Positions 9,775-19,538 of a stretch of 32,000 nt of DNA are shown piece after piece. Below the pieces are notes generated by a model, which had not been told where the DNA came from, ran no database searches, and worked only from the letters and a program-made list of their open reading frames with translations. Numbering within the stretch: the stretch's first letter is position 1; the number at the start of each line of letters is the position of its first letter. Made by a program: the position numbers and the translations under genes. Source of the DNA: Candidatus Iainarchaeum sp. (lineage in GTDB: Archaea; Iainarchaeota; Iainarchaeia; Iainarchaeales; CSSED10-239); NCBI GenBank assembly GCA_037441475.1, contig JBBISB010000002.1:66020-98019 (forward strand), written 5' to 3'.

Positions 9775-10842
9775 TTATTTTACATGCACAGTTCTTGTAG
9801 GGAAGGCAAACTCAATCTTTGATTTTTCAAATTCTTTTTTAATTGAAAGATTTATTTTATCTTTAACTATTAGATATTCCTTATAATCAAGAGCTCTTAT
9901 CCAGTAGATGATTCTTATGTTTAAAGAAAAATCTCCAAAAGACTCAAAGACAACATGATAGCTATCTTTTTCTACATTTTCATTTGTATTTAAAATATTA
10001 ATTATTATTTTCTTACCTTATTCTAATTTCTTAAGAGAAGTACTATAGATAACACCAATTGTGAAATTTTCTCTTTTTGCTCTTCTTGCAGAAATATTTT
10101 CAACAGCATTAAGAGAAAGGTTTCTGTTTGGAACAACAACTAAGGTGTTATCAAAGAATCTTATCTTTGTAGATCTTATACCAATTTCTTCTACAGTTCC
10201 AAGACCATCTGAGGTTTTTAAAGTATCACCCATCTTAAATGGTTTTTCAACAAATATAACAATTCCTGATATAAAATTTTCTAAAATATCCTTAGAAGCT
10301 AAGGCAACTGCAAGACCACCAATACCAATACCTGCAAGCAAAGCACTTATATTAAATCCAAAGTTTGAGAGAACAACAAGAATAGCTAGGATAAAAAATA
10401 CAACTTTAACTAAGGATTTAAGTAAAGGTATTAATTGGTCATCATACTTTGATTCTGTTTTTTGTGTATGAGGTATTAGGTACTCATCTATGATGTCTAA
10501 AAAAAACTTAATAATAAATAATGTGATTGCTAAGACATAAACAAAGAAAGAAGTGTTCTTAACAGCTGTTACCCACCATTCAGAAACAACTAAATATTTA
10601 AAACCAATGTTAAAGAAAATAGTCACAATTAATATCTTTAAAGGTAGAGGTTTTGATAGAATCTTAGAGATTATATCATCTATCTTGTTTCTTGTATGCT
10701 TTGTTATTTTATTTAAAACATTTTTACTTATAAAAACAACAACTGCACTTACAACAAACCCTAAAAGAATAAAAAATATAAACCACATGAAGTTTTTTAA
10801 GGGATTTTGTAGAAACACAAGATCAAGAATATTGAATAACAT
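9775..10842 (-). pseudogene. MscS family mechanosensitive channel with an internal in-frame TAA at 10018..10020 (status as pseudogene vs readthrough unresolved)
   Basis: ORF 10018..10842 has the MscS core (GFNISALLAGIGIGGLAVALASKDILENFISGIVIFVEKPFKMGDTLKT). The same frame continues after TAA as GKKIIINILNTNENVEKDSYHVVFESFGDFSLNIRIIYWIRALDYKEYLIVKDKINLSIKKEFEKSKIEFAFPTRTVHVK, stopping with TAA at 9775..9777. Confidence 0.8.
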
Positions 10843-11015
10843 TTTAATAACACCTTCTAAAATTTTTATTTATAATACAAAAAAAATAAATATATAAATA
10901 TATTATAAACCAAAATCTTTATATTTATATAGACATATAATATGTATGTAAAATTAACTTTAAGTTATTTACTTCTTTTTATAAATAAATTACAATTAAA
11001 TAAAAACGATTAAAC

Positions 11016-11726
11016 ATGATAGACAAACCAATAGTTGAACTTAAAAACGTCTCTAAGATATACAAGATGGGACTTGTTGAAGTAAAGGCAATAAACGATG
11101 TTTCCTTAAAAATATTTCCAAAAGAATTTGTTGCAATCATGGGAGCGTCTGGTTCTGGAAAATCAACAATGATGCATTTAATTGGTGCACTTGATCTTCC
11201 TACAAAAGGAGAGCTTTCTATTCATAAGCATAAACTTTTAAGCTTTACAGAAGATGAACTTGCATCCTTAAGAGGAAAAACCATTAGTTTTGTTTTTCAA
11301 GACTTTCATTTAATACCTACCCTTACAGCTTTTGAAAATGTTAGACTTCCTATACTCTTCCAAACAAACGAAGATGATGAAGAAACATACAACAGAAGAT
11401 GTGAAGAACTTTTAGATGTTGTTGGTTTAAAAGATAGAATGGACCATAGGCCAGCTGAACTTTCAGGTGGTCAACAACAAAGAGTTGCAATTGCAAGAGC
11501 ACTTGCAAATGATCCTGAAATTATTTTAGGAGATGAACCTACAGGAGCCCTTGACTCTAAGTCCTCTGCTGAGATTATTCAACTTTTAAAAAAACTAAAT
11601 AAATCTGGAAAAACAATAATCATTATTACACATGATATTAATGTTGCAAAAAATGCAAAAAGAATAATTACTTTAAAAGATGGAAAAATAATTGAAGATA
11701 AAATAAACAAACAAGAAAACCCTTAA
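11016..11726 (+). CDS. ABC transporter ATP-binding protein (MacB/LolD-like)
   Basis: Walker A GASGSGKST, signature LSGGQQQRVAIARAL, Walker B IILGDEPTGALD. Confidence 0.95.
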   Translation: MIDKPIVELKNVSKIYKMGLVEVKAINDVSLKIFPKEFVAIMGASGSGKSTMMHLIGALDLPTKGELSIHKHKLLSFTEDELASLRGKTISFVFQDFHLIPTLTAFENVRLPILFQTNEDDEETYNRRCEELLDVVGLKDRMDHRPAELSGGQQQRVAIARALANDPEIILGDEPTGALDSKSSAEIIQLLKKLNKSGKTIIIITHDINVAKNAKRIITLKDGKIIEDKINKQENP

Positions 11727-11738
11727 GAAAAAGAAAAC

Positions 11739-12929
11739 ATGAAAAAACTAATTCCCTTTGTTATCTCAAACCTTAAAAGAAGGAAACTTAGAAGTTACTT
11801 AACAATCATAGGTATAATCGTAGGAGTTGTTGCTATCGTCTCTTTAATATCTTTGTCTGAAGGTCTTAAGAGTGGAGTTAGTCAAGAGTTTTCAAAAACA
11901 GGGGCACAGAAAATAACAGTTTCTTCAAAGTATGCACAAACCATACAAGGCTCCTCCTTTCCATTAACTGAAGATGAGGTTAAAGAGATTGAAAAACTGC
12001 CCTCCATTAACTTTGCAACCGGTTACCTTAATACCAGGGCCTCTATTGAGTTTAATAGAAGTAAAAAATTTGCAAGTGTTAGTGCATATGAAACAGATGT
12101 CTATAAAGAGATACTACTTCAAGAAGGAAAAGAAATATTTAGAGGAAAAATAATCACAGATGACAAGGCAAAAGAAATTGTTATTGGTTATGATTTGTTT
12201 AACAGTGATGAATTTTTTGGAAAAACAGTTAAGCTCGGAGATACAGTTGAAATATCAAACCAGAAATTTAAGGTGGTTGGAGTATTAAACGACTCTGGAA
12301 ATAAGAATGCTGATAGAGCAATCTATATGTCAATGGATAACCTTAGAGAGATATCAAATATCAAAGATAAGGAAGTTGATGTTATTTATGCTGTTATTAA
12401 AGAAAATGCAGATATTGAAAAAACAGGGCTTGATATTGAAGCAAGACTTGAAAAATTTAGAAAAGTTGAAGACTTTGTTGTAACTACACCTGTTAAGGAA
12501 GCAGAGAGTAGAGAAGAAACATTAAAAGCAGTTTCAATTGTTGTGGTTGGAATTGCATCAATCTCTCTTTTGGTTGGAGGTATTGGGATACTTAACTCCA
12601 TGTACACCTCTGTTCTTGAAAGAAGAAGAGAGATTGGGATTATGAAGGCTATTGGTGCTAGAAGAGAGGATATCTTAAAAATATTCTTAATTGAAGCAGG
12701 AATAATTGGTTTGATTGGTGGTATTATTGGCACCATAGGTGGTTTTTTAATAGCTTTTATAGTAAATACCATAGGAAAGTTTACAGGAACAGAAATATCA
12801 GCTTCCTTTGATCCAACCATTGTTTTAATTGCTCTTAGCTTTTCATTCTTGTTAGGCCTTTTAGCTGGTTTTCTTCCAGCATACCAAGCATCTAAACAAC
12901 AAGCAATTGATTCTTTAAGAGAGGAATAA
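11739..12929 (+). CDS. ABC transporter permease, MacB/FtsX family
   Basis: 396 aa; N-terminal MacB-like region (LRSYLTIIGIIVGVVAIVSL), C-terminal FtsX domain (GGIGILNSMYTSVLERRREIGIMKAIGARREDILKIFLIEA). Confidence 0.93.
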   Translation: MKKLIPFVISNLKRRKLRSYLTIIGIIVGVVAIVSLISLSEGLKSGVSQEFSKTGAQKITVSSKYAQTIQGSSFPLTEDEVKEIEKLPSINFATGYLNTRASIEFNRSKKFASVSAYETDVYKEILLQEGKEIFRGKIITDDKAKEIVIGYDLFNSDEFFGKTVKLGDTVEISNQKFKVVGVLNDSGNKNADRAIYMSMDNLREISNIKDKEVDVIYAVIKENADIEKTGLDIEARLEKFRKVEDFVVTTPVKEAESREETLKAVSIVVVGIASISLLVGGIGILNSMYTSVLERRREIGIMKAIGARREDILKIFLIEAGIIGLIGGIIGTIGGFLIAFIVNTIGKFTGTEISASFDPTIVLIALSFSFLLGLLAGFLPAYQASKQQAIDSLREE

Positions 12930-12964
12930 AAAAAAATTATAATTTTAAAAGAAAAGGTGAAAAT

Positions 12965-14210
12965 ATGAACTTAAACAAAATAATAATAGTTATTGCATTG
13001 TTAATGGTTATGATAATACCAGTTAATGCTGCAACAACAAACTATGACATCATAAACTTAAATGCAGATAGATACATATAACTACAACCCAACACCTGTA
13101 ATCTCAGGAGAGGAGTTTGAGATATGGATACAACTTACAAACAAAAGTAATGTTGCTGCTGATAATATAGAATATTTTTTAGAAACAGCATACCCTTTCA
13201 TTTTAATATCTGAAAATGAAGGGAAGATTTCAAAGCTTGAGGGCTTTCAATCAAAGATAATAAAATACAAATTAAAAACAAACAACGATGTTTTAACAGG
13301 AACATACGATCTTGAGTTTAGGTATAAAAGAGAGGGTATTAGTATTTACAATATTAAAAAATACACTATAGACATTAAAGGTAAATCAGCTATACTTGAG
13401 ATTGTTTCATCTAATGTCTTAGAAGCAAGTATTGGAGATGATTCAACTGTTCTTTTAAACCTTAAAAACTTAGGACAAAAAGACTCTAAGGATATCTTCA
13501 TAACACTCGGAGACTCTGCAGACCAAACAATTAAGGTTATTGGTCTTAAGACACAATATCTTGAGAGAATAAATATTGGACAAGAAACAAACGTTTCATT
13601 CATGATTAGTGTTTCAAAAAACGTTACTGAAACAAGCTACACTCTTCCAATAACTATTGAATATTCAGATATTGATAGAGATTATAAGGTTACAAGAAAC
13701 ATAGGAATAAAGCTTAATGATCAGCCAAAAATGATTTTAAGTGTTATTGGTGTTGGAGATGACTTTAAAATAAAACCAAACAGTAAAGAAACAATCACAA
13801 TTGAGATTTACAATGTTGGTAATGTTGATACTGAGATATCATATGTAACTATTGAAGGAAGCGGTATTAACTCAACAAAGGACTTTATAGGTTCTATTGA
13901 AAGAGATAATTACGATAAGATAGATGTTGTTTTAAACACTAAAGACATTAAAGAAAAAGAAACAGAAATTACTGTTACTCTTTTCTATAAGGACAACAAC
14001 CTTAAGGAACAAAAGATAACACAAACAGTTAGTGTACAAACAGATTTTTCTGCAAATGGAAAGAATGCAAATAAAGCTGTAATGTCTGTTCTTGGTATAC
14101 TTGGTTTTATCTTAGGCCTTGCAGTATTTATTCTTCTTGCAAGATGGCTTATTAAGATATTAATAAAACCTGCATACCATGCTGTTGTTGGAATATTTAA
14201 GAGAAAATAA
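12965..14210 (+). CDS. Exported COG1361/CARDB-like protein with C-terminal TM; apparently frameshifted near 13059-13081
   Basis: ATG at 12965 gives signal peptide MNLNKIIIVIALLMVMIIPVNAATTNYDIINLNADRYI then TAA (13079-13081). The other frame continues YNYNPTPVISGEEFEIWIQLTNKSNVAADNIEYFLE... to 14210. The track start at 13062 is probably internal. Confidence 0.75.
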
Positions 14211-14266
14211 ATTTTTTATTTTCTTTTTTTTTATTTTATAAAAAATATAAAAATAATAATTTACAC

Positions 14267-15487
14267 ATGAACACAGAAAAATACAAGCACCTTATAGATT
14301 TAACATTTAAAAATATTCTAAGAAGACTTAGATCAATTTTAACAATCATAGCTGTAGTGATTGGAATTGCAACCATTGTTGCCTTGTTTTTAATAAGTGA
14401 TGGACTACTTAACTATGTTGAAGATGTTTTTATGACAATGGGGATAAACACTATTTTCATTTTTCCAGTAAGCTTTCAAGGTGGGGCAAACCAAACTATT
14501 AGTAGGGTTTCTGAGGATATTAAGATAACGCAAAGTGATCTCCGGCTTATTGAAAAAATACCTGAAATAGATTATGCAATTGGTTTTTCTTTCAGAACAG
14601 CAAAGTATGAGTATAAGGGGGAAGAGAGTTATCAGTTTGTGATAATGGTTGACCCTAAGCTTGCAGATAAAACCTTTGAAATAATGGATATAGGGGTAAG
14701 GGAAGGAAAGAGCCTTCAAGGAAGAGAAGGGGCAGAAATTGTTGTTGGTTCATACTTTGCAGATAAACTTTTTAAAGAACCTATTAAGGTTGGACAAAAA
14801 ATAAAAATTCAAGATAAAGAGTTTAAGGTAATTGGTATTTTAGAACCTGTTGAAAATATGCAAGATGACTCTCAAGCGTATATAACCATGAACAGTGGAA
14901 GAGAACTTTTTGATACTGGAGAAACCTTAGATCAGATTTATGCAAGTGTAAAGCCTGAGTATGATCCTTTAGTTGTTCAAAAAGAGATTGAAAAAAGACT
15001 TGAAAAGAAACATGGTAAAAATAAATTTTTTATAATAACAGCAAAACAAGTTTTAACAATGATAAAAACTGTATTAGGTCTTTTACAAACCATTTTAGTC
15101 TCAATCGGGCTTATATCCATTGTTGTTGGAAGTATTGGTATCATGAACTCAATATATACATCAGTTATTGAGAGGACAAGGGAGATTGGTATCTTAAAAT
15201 CATTAGGGGCTAAAAAAGAAGATATTTATTTTATATTTACCTTTGAGTCTTTAGTGTTATCTTTAATTGGTGGAATCATTGGTTTGGGGCTTGGTATTGG
15301 AATTGCTAAGTTTGTGGAGTATTATGCAGCAAGCCAAGCCTTTATTACCCTTAATATAATAGTAACATGGCAAGTTGTGGCTCTTGCTTTAGGAGTATCC
15401 ATTATTGTTGGAATTGCAGCTGGACTTTTACCTTCAAAATCAGCAGCAAAGATGAATGTCGTGGATGCTTTAAGAAAAACTATTTAA
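14267..15487 (+). CDS. ABC transporter permease, MacB/FtsX family
   Basis: 406 aa; LRSILTIIAVVIGIATIVALFLISDGL, GSIGIMNSIYTSVIERTREIGILKSLGAKKEDIYFIFTFES. Confidence 0.93.
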   Translation: MNTEKYKHLIDLTFKNILRRLRSILTIIAVVIGIATIVALFLISDGLLNYVEDVFMTMGINTIFIFPVSFQGGANQTISRVSEDIKITQSDLRLIEKIPEIDYAIGFSFRTAKYEYKGEESYQFVIMVDPKLADKTFEIMDIGVREGKSLQGREGAEIVVGSYFADKLFKEPIKVGQKIKIQDKEFKVIGILEPVENMQDDSQAYITMNSGRELFDTGETLDQIYASVKPEYDPLVVQKEIEKRLEKKHGKNKFFIITAKQVLTMIKTVLGLLQTILVSIGLISIVVGSIGIMNSIYTSVIERTREIGILKSLGAKKEDIYFIFTFESLVLSLIGGIIGLGLGIGIAKFVEYYAASQAFITLNIIVTWQVVALALGVSIIVGIAAGLLPSKSAAKMNVVDALRKTI

Positions 15488-15550
15488 GATAGATTTATAA
15501 GTATTATTATCTTAGATATTAATATACAATAAAACATAAAAAGAAAAAAT

Positions 15551-16006
15551 ATGATTAACGAAAGATTAATTGAGCATATAAACGAACTTAAAAACAAAAG
15601 GATATCAGATGTTGAAATTACAGATATACTTCTTTTAAATAACTACACAGCAGAAGAAATTAAGGAAAATCTTAATCATTATAATAACATACATGGCTTT
15701 TCTTCAAATAACTATATTGAACAGTATGAAAAGATACAGGGAAAGAAGTTTTCAGAAGCAGAAGTTGAAACTTTTAAAAAAAAAATTGTAAGTGATAAAA
15801 AGAACTATGATCAAAAGATAAAGGACATTAAAAGAGAAGAGCCTGCTGTTAAAGTTGAGAAAAAAGAACCTCTTGTAACTTCTGAGAAAAAGAAGATGAG
15901 TAAAGGGGATTTAATTTCAATAGTTGCAATCATTGTTCTTCTAGCCTTTATAATCTATGTTATAATCTCTTACGATGTTATAAATAAGATAATTTTGAAA
16001 ATGTAA
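15551..16006 (+). CDS. Small protein with charged N-terminal region and one C-terminal TM helix, probably co-transcribed with the ABC genes
   Basis: 151 aa; C-terminal LISIVAIIVLLAFIIYVIISY; starts 63 nt after the permease. Confidence 0.6.
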   Translation: MINERLIEHINELKNKRISDVEITDILLLNNYTAEEIKENLNHYNNIHGFSSNNYIEQYEKIQGKKFSEAEVETFKKKIVSDKKNYDQKIKDIKREEPAVKVEKKEPLVTSEKKKMSKGDLISIVAIIVLLAFIIYVIISYDVINKIILKM

Positions 16007-16109
16007 TTTTAGTTTTTATAAAAAATAGCAAAGCATTATGTTTTTAAAGTTTTAGTATATATAATATTTATATAAAAGCTATTTTTATATATTTTAAAAC
16101 AAAAATAAA

Positions 16110-16181
16110 GCCTCTATAGCTCAGTGGTAGAGCGGCAGTCTTGTAAACTGTAGGTCGAGGGTTCAAATCCCCCTAGAGGCT
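16110..16181 (+). tRNA. tRNA-Thr (anticodon TGT), CCA not encoded
   Basis: Acceptor GCCTCTA/TAGAGGC, D arm GCTC-AGTGGTA-GAGC, anticodon loop CTTGTAA, T arm with GTTCAAATC. Confidence 0.93.
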
Positions 16182-16285
16182 TCTTTCTAAAGGGTTATAT
16201 GTATTTCTATTTTTTTGTACGCTTTTGTTATGTATTTATAAATTTAATGTAATTATATACTTATATAAAATATTAATTTTAAGGA

Positions 16286-16882
16286 GTGATTTATTTGACA
16301 ATAAGAAATCCATTTAAAAAAACATTTAAACAAAAAAGAGAATCTATTGGTGTTGATAGAGAGTTTAATGATACAAGAACAAGGTTAGTTGGAAGTATGA
16401 AAGTTACAAATCATCCAAGTCATCGACAAGCAAATCCGAAGATAAGACAAATAGAAACTTTATCTGAAATTCAAATAAATGGAATAAAAAATAAACTAAA
16501 AGAATTATCTTCTAAAAAAACAAAAAATGAACTTGAGGCTAGAAGACAGAAAGAAGCTATCTCAAAATTAAAATCAAAAATTAATAAATTAGAATTTTCC
16601 ACAAAAAATAAAACTTCTCTAATATCAGCTAAAAGAAATGAAGAGAGAAAATTAAGACAAGGTAAATTAATTGAAAAAAAACTAAAATCAATTATTAAAG
16701 ATTCTGCTGCTTTTAAAAGAAATGCTTCTGACTATGTTAAATATAAATTTGATACTAAAATAGATCCTTTAAAATTAAGGCAAGAATATGAGTATTTTTT
16801 AAAAACAAAAAGAAAGTCATTTGCAGATATTACTCTTAACGAAGCAGTGGCCCTTTTAGATAGCGCTATTGTTAAAAAATAG
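16286..16882 (+). CDS. Hypothetical Lys-rich protein, coiled-coil-like
   Basis: 198 aa ORF between tRNA-Thr and a partial copy of the tRNA 3' end; no family recognised. Confidence 0.5.
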   Translation: MIYLTIRNPFKKTFKQKRESIGVDREFNDTRTRLVGSMKVTNHPSHRQANPKIRQIETLSEIQINGIKNKLKELSSKKTKNELEARRQKEAISKLKSKINKLEFSTKNKTSLISAKRNEERKLRQGKLIEKKLKSIIKDSAAFKRNASDYVKYKFDTKIDPLKLRQEYEYFLKTKRKSFADITLNEAVALLDSAIVKK

Positions 16883-17055
16883 TTTTTTTAAAAAATTATA
16901 TAAAAAAATAAGTAAAAAAGAAGAAAAAAGAGTTTTACTCTTCCACAACTCTATTCTCTTTTATTCTTTTAATAATCCTTGGAGCAAACTTTCAATTATC
17001 CTACAGATTGTAGAACCACAATGTTTATAAATAGTAGGCTTTTTACTTTTAGTAA

Positions 17056-17073
17056 AAATCCCACTAGAGGCTT
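17056..17073 (+). repeat. Partial duplicate of the tRNA-Thr 3' end (17/18 identical to 16165..16182)
   Basis: aaatcccActagaggctt vs aaatcccCctagaggctt in the tRNA. Confidence 0.6.
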
Positions 17074-17164
17074 TTTTCTTTTTTTAATAAATTTAAATAA
17101 ACCTAATTGTTATTAAATATAGGAATTATTTTTAAACAGGTATTAACACACAAAAAATTATTTA

Positions 17165-17740
17165 CTAAAAATTAATAGTGTCTATAATAACATGTAATGT
17201 TGTATCTTTAGATTTAATCTTTTCAACAACTGCAAAAGAATTGCACACAAAACTAAAATCAGATTTAATTTTATTTAAATTAATATTGTTATCAAAAAGA
17301 TTATAAAAAATAGTCATGTGTGGATTATATCTTTCAAGAACATATATATCTCTGTATTTATTATAATAAATTTGAGATAATTTATCCTCATATTTTTTAA
17401 AAGGTTTTTCAAAAAACATATGTTTTTCACAAAGCTTAACAATATCCTTTTCAATATTTAATAAATATTTTTCTTTTTTAAAAAGTAGAACTAATGTTTT
17501 TTTATTAAATATTTCATATTTATCACTAACTAAAACAAAAGGACTACATTTTTTAGAAAATCTTATTAGATGTTTTAAAAAAACATCATAATCCTTAACA
17601 ACAAAACTAGACCTTAAGGTAATGTGTAAGGGATGATTAGTTATTTTAAGATCATATTTTTTATTATACCTAGTTTTAATACTTTTTAGATATTTGTGTG
17701 TATTTTTATCTGGTAAAATAACAAGATATATTTCTTTCAT
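17165..17740 (-). CDS. 2H phosphoesterase / 2'-5' RNA ligase-like protein
   Basis: 191 aa with two H-x-T-x motifs: PLHITLRSS and NPHMTIFYN. Confidence 0.6.
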   Translation of the reverse strand: MKEIYLVILPDKNTHKYLKSIKTRYNKKYDLKITNHPLHITLRSSFVVKDYDVFLKHLIRFSKKCSPFVLVSDKYEIFNKKTLVLLFKKEKYLLNIEKDIVKLCEKHMFFEKPFKKYEDKLSQIYYNKYRDIYVLERYNPHMTIFYNLFDNNINLNKIKSDFSFVCNSFAVVEKIKSKDTTLHVIIDTINF

Positions 17741-17851
17741 AAATAACTAATAGAATAGTAAAGAATAAAAAGCATGTAACCATTTTTAAAAGGACATACA
17801 ACAGAGGCTTTCTTGTTATATAATAGTTTTTAATCCCTTAAGATTTTAAAG

Positions 17852-18088
17852 TTATTTTTTACTTTTCTTTACAGGAAGAGAATCTATTAAATTTTTAAAA
17901 CCTAAATCAGACATCTCTAAAGGAACATTTAAACCTATACCTGCCTTCTTTAATTCCTCTAAAAACTCTCTTACAGAAAGTTTTGAAATTTCTGTGGCTG
18001 TAGAAAAATCAACCTCTTCTTTTTCATAAAGAGATAAGGCTTTGTTTAAATAATATTTATTTATATTTTTTGACATAAATAACTTCAA
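17852..18088 (-). CDS. Small HTH-like protein, possibly UPF0175-like
   Basis: 78 aa; ATEISKLSVREFLEELKKAGIGLNVPLEMSDLG resembles the UPF0175 core. Confidence 0.5.
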   Translation of the reverse strand: MKLFMSKNINKYYLNKALSLYEKEEVDFSTATEISKLSVREFLEELKKAGIGLNVPLEMSDLGFKNLIDSLPVKKSKK

Positions 18089-18266
18089 AGAAAATTATTT
18101 TTATTTGATGTTAGAAGTTTATAACAAAATAAACTAAATATATTTATGTAGTTATATTTAAAAAATAAATGTTTTTGATAAAAAAACCAGTAATAAAAAG
18201 GTTTTGGTACCTATAATATATAACTATTTTTAAGAAAAAGAAACAGTATAAAAGGAAAAATTAAAC

Positions 18267-19013
18267 ATGCTTGAAATATATTTATATACATTAATCAGTA
18301 TCATACTTGTAAGCCTAATATCATTAATTGGTATCCTAACATTATTTACAAACAAAAAACATTTATCAAAAATGCTTTTGTTCTTAATAAGCTTTTCAGC
18401 AGGTGCACTTTTAGGAGATGCTTTTATTCATCTAATACCAGAAAGCTTTGAAAGCTTTAATCATCTAACAATCTCATTTTCAATAATTGCTGGAATCTTA
18501 ATATTCTTTATTTTAGAAAAAATTATACACTGGAGACACTGTCATCTTCCAACCTCTAAGGAACATGTACATCCTTTAGGAAAAATGAACCTTATTGGAG
18601 ATTTATTACATAACTTCTTAGATGGAATAATCATAGCCACAAGTTATATTGTTTCTATTCCTTTAGGAATAGCAACAACAATTGCTGTTATCTTACATGA
18701 GATACCACAAGAGATTGGTGACTTTGGAGTTTTGATATATGCAGGATACTCAAGAAGAAAAGCATTAATCCTTAATTTTTTAATATCCTTAACTGCTGTT
18801 TTAGGAGGAATTATAGGTTTACTTCTAAGCAGATATATTGATACCTTTGCAAGCATAATGATAGCATTCACTGCTGGTGGTTTTATATATATAGCAACAT
18901 CAGACCTTATGCCTGAACTTAAGAAAGAAACAAGTGTTAAGAAAACTATTATACAGATACTAGGTATTGTCTTAGGAATAACTTTAATGGCATTATTAAT
19001 ATTTTTGGAGTAA
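18267..19013 (+). CDS. ZIP family divalent metal transporter
   Basis: HNFLDGIIIATSYIVSIPLGIATTIAVILHEIPQEIGDFGVLI is a ZIP TM4/TM5 signature; His-rich loop HWRHCHLPTSKEHVH. Confidence 0.92.
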   Translation: MLEIYLYTLISIILVSLISLIGILTLFTNKKHLSKMLLFLISFSAGALLGDAFIHLIPESFESFNHLTISFSIIAGILIFFILEKIIHWRHCHLPTSKEHVHPLGKMNLIGDLLHNFLDGIIIATSYIVSIPLGIATTIAVILHEIPQEIGDFGVLIYAGYSRRKALILNFLISLTAVLGGIIGLLLSRYIDTFASIMIAFTAGGFIYIATSDLMPELKKETSVKKTIIQILGIVLGITLMALLIFLE

Positions 19014-19016
19014 AGC

Positions 19017-19538
19017 ATGATTGAAAATAAAAAAACCTCAGATAAACTATTGTATGAGATTGTTATCTTTATACTTATCTTTGCATTAATGATAAGTATT
19101 GTTTTTACCTTTGATAAGTTGTTTATAGAAAAACCAATTAATGAATGTTATGATATTTATCAAAAAGATTATAGAAACGATAAATGTGAGTATGATAACA
19201 TAGCTATGAACGAATGTTATGTAAAAGAAGGACAAGTAATTTTTAATAACGACTGCACTCTTACCTGTGATTATTGTTATAAAAAATATAATGGAGAGAT
19301 TGAAAAGTATAATAACAAAACAAATCTTTTAAGAATCATCCTTTCATTTATGATTGCACTTTCCCTTGCCTTTATTAACCTTAAAGACAAGATCATAAGA
19401 TACTCTTTATTATCTGGAAGTTTAGTATCTTTGTTTGTTTCAACAATAATTGCTATGCAGATGATTGGAATCTTGCTTCCAATAGTTATTATTATTGAGT
19501 TTTTGTTAGTTTTATTTATTTATAAAAAAACTAAATAA
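19017..19538 (+). CDS. Hypothetical membrane protein with Cys-rich extracytoplasmic loop
   Basis: 173 aa; three predicted TMs; loop CTLTCDYCYKKY; starts 4 nt after the ZIP gene end. Confidence 0.6.
   Translation: MIENKKTSDKLLYEIVIFILIFALMISIVFTFDKLFIEKPINECYDIYQKDYRNDKCEYDNIAMNECYVKEGQVIFNNDCTLTCDYCYKKYNGEIEKYNNKTNLLRIILSFMIALSLAFINLKDKIIRYSLLSGSLVSLFVSTIIAMQMIGILLPIVIIIEFLLVLFIYKKTK

Noticed and set aside
12386-12820. Minus-strand ORF 12386..12820
   Set aside because: Antisense to the clear FtsX-type permease domain.
13062-13064. ATG at 13062 as the true start of the exported protein
   Set aside because: The upstream frame gives a proper signal peptide and continuity is restored by a small indel; starting at 13062 removes the export signal.
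17040-17075. A second complete tRNA gene near 17000-17075
   Set aside because: Only the 3' end (about 18 nt) matches; no matching 5' acceptor strand, D arm or anticodon arm found.
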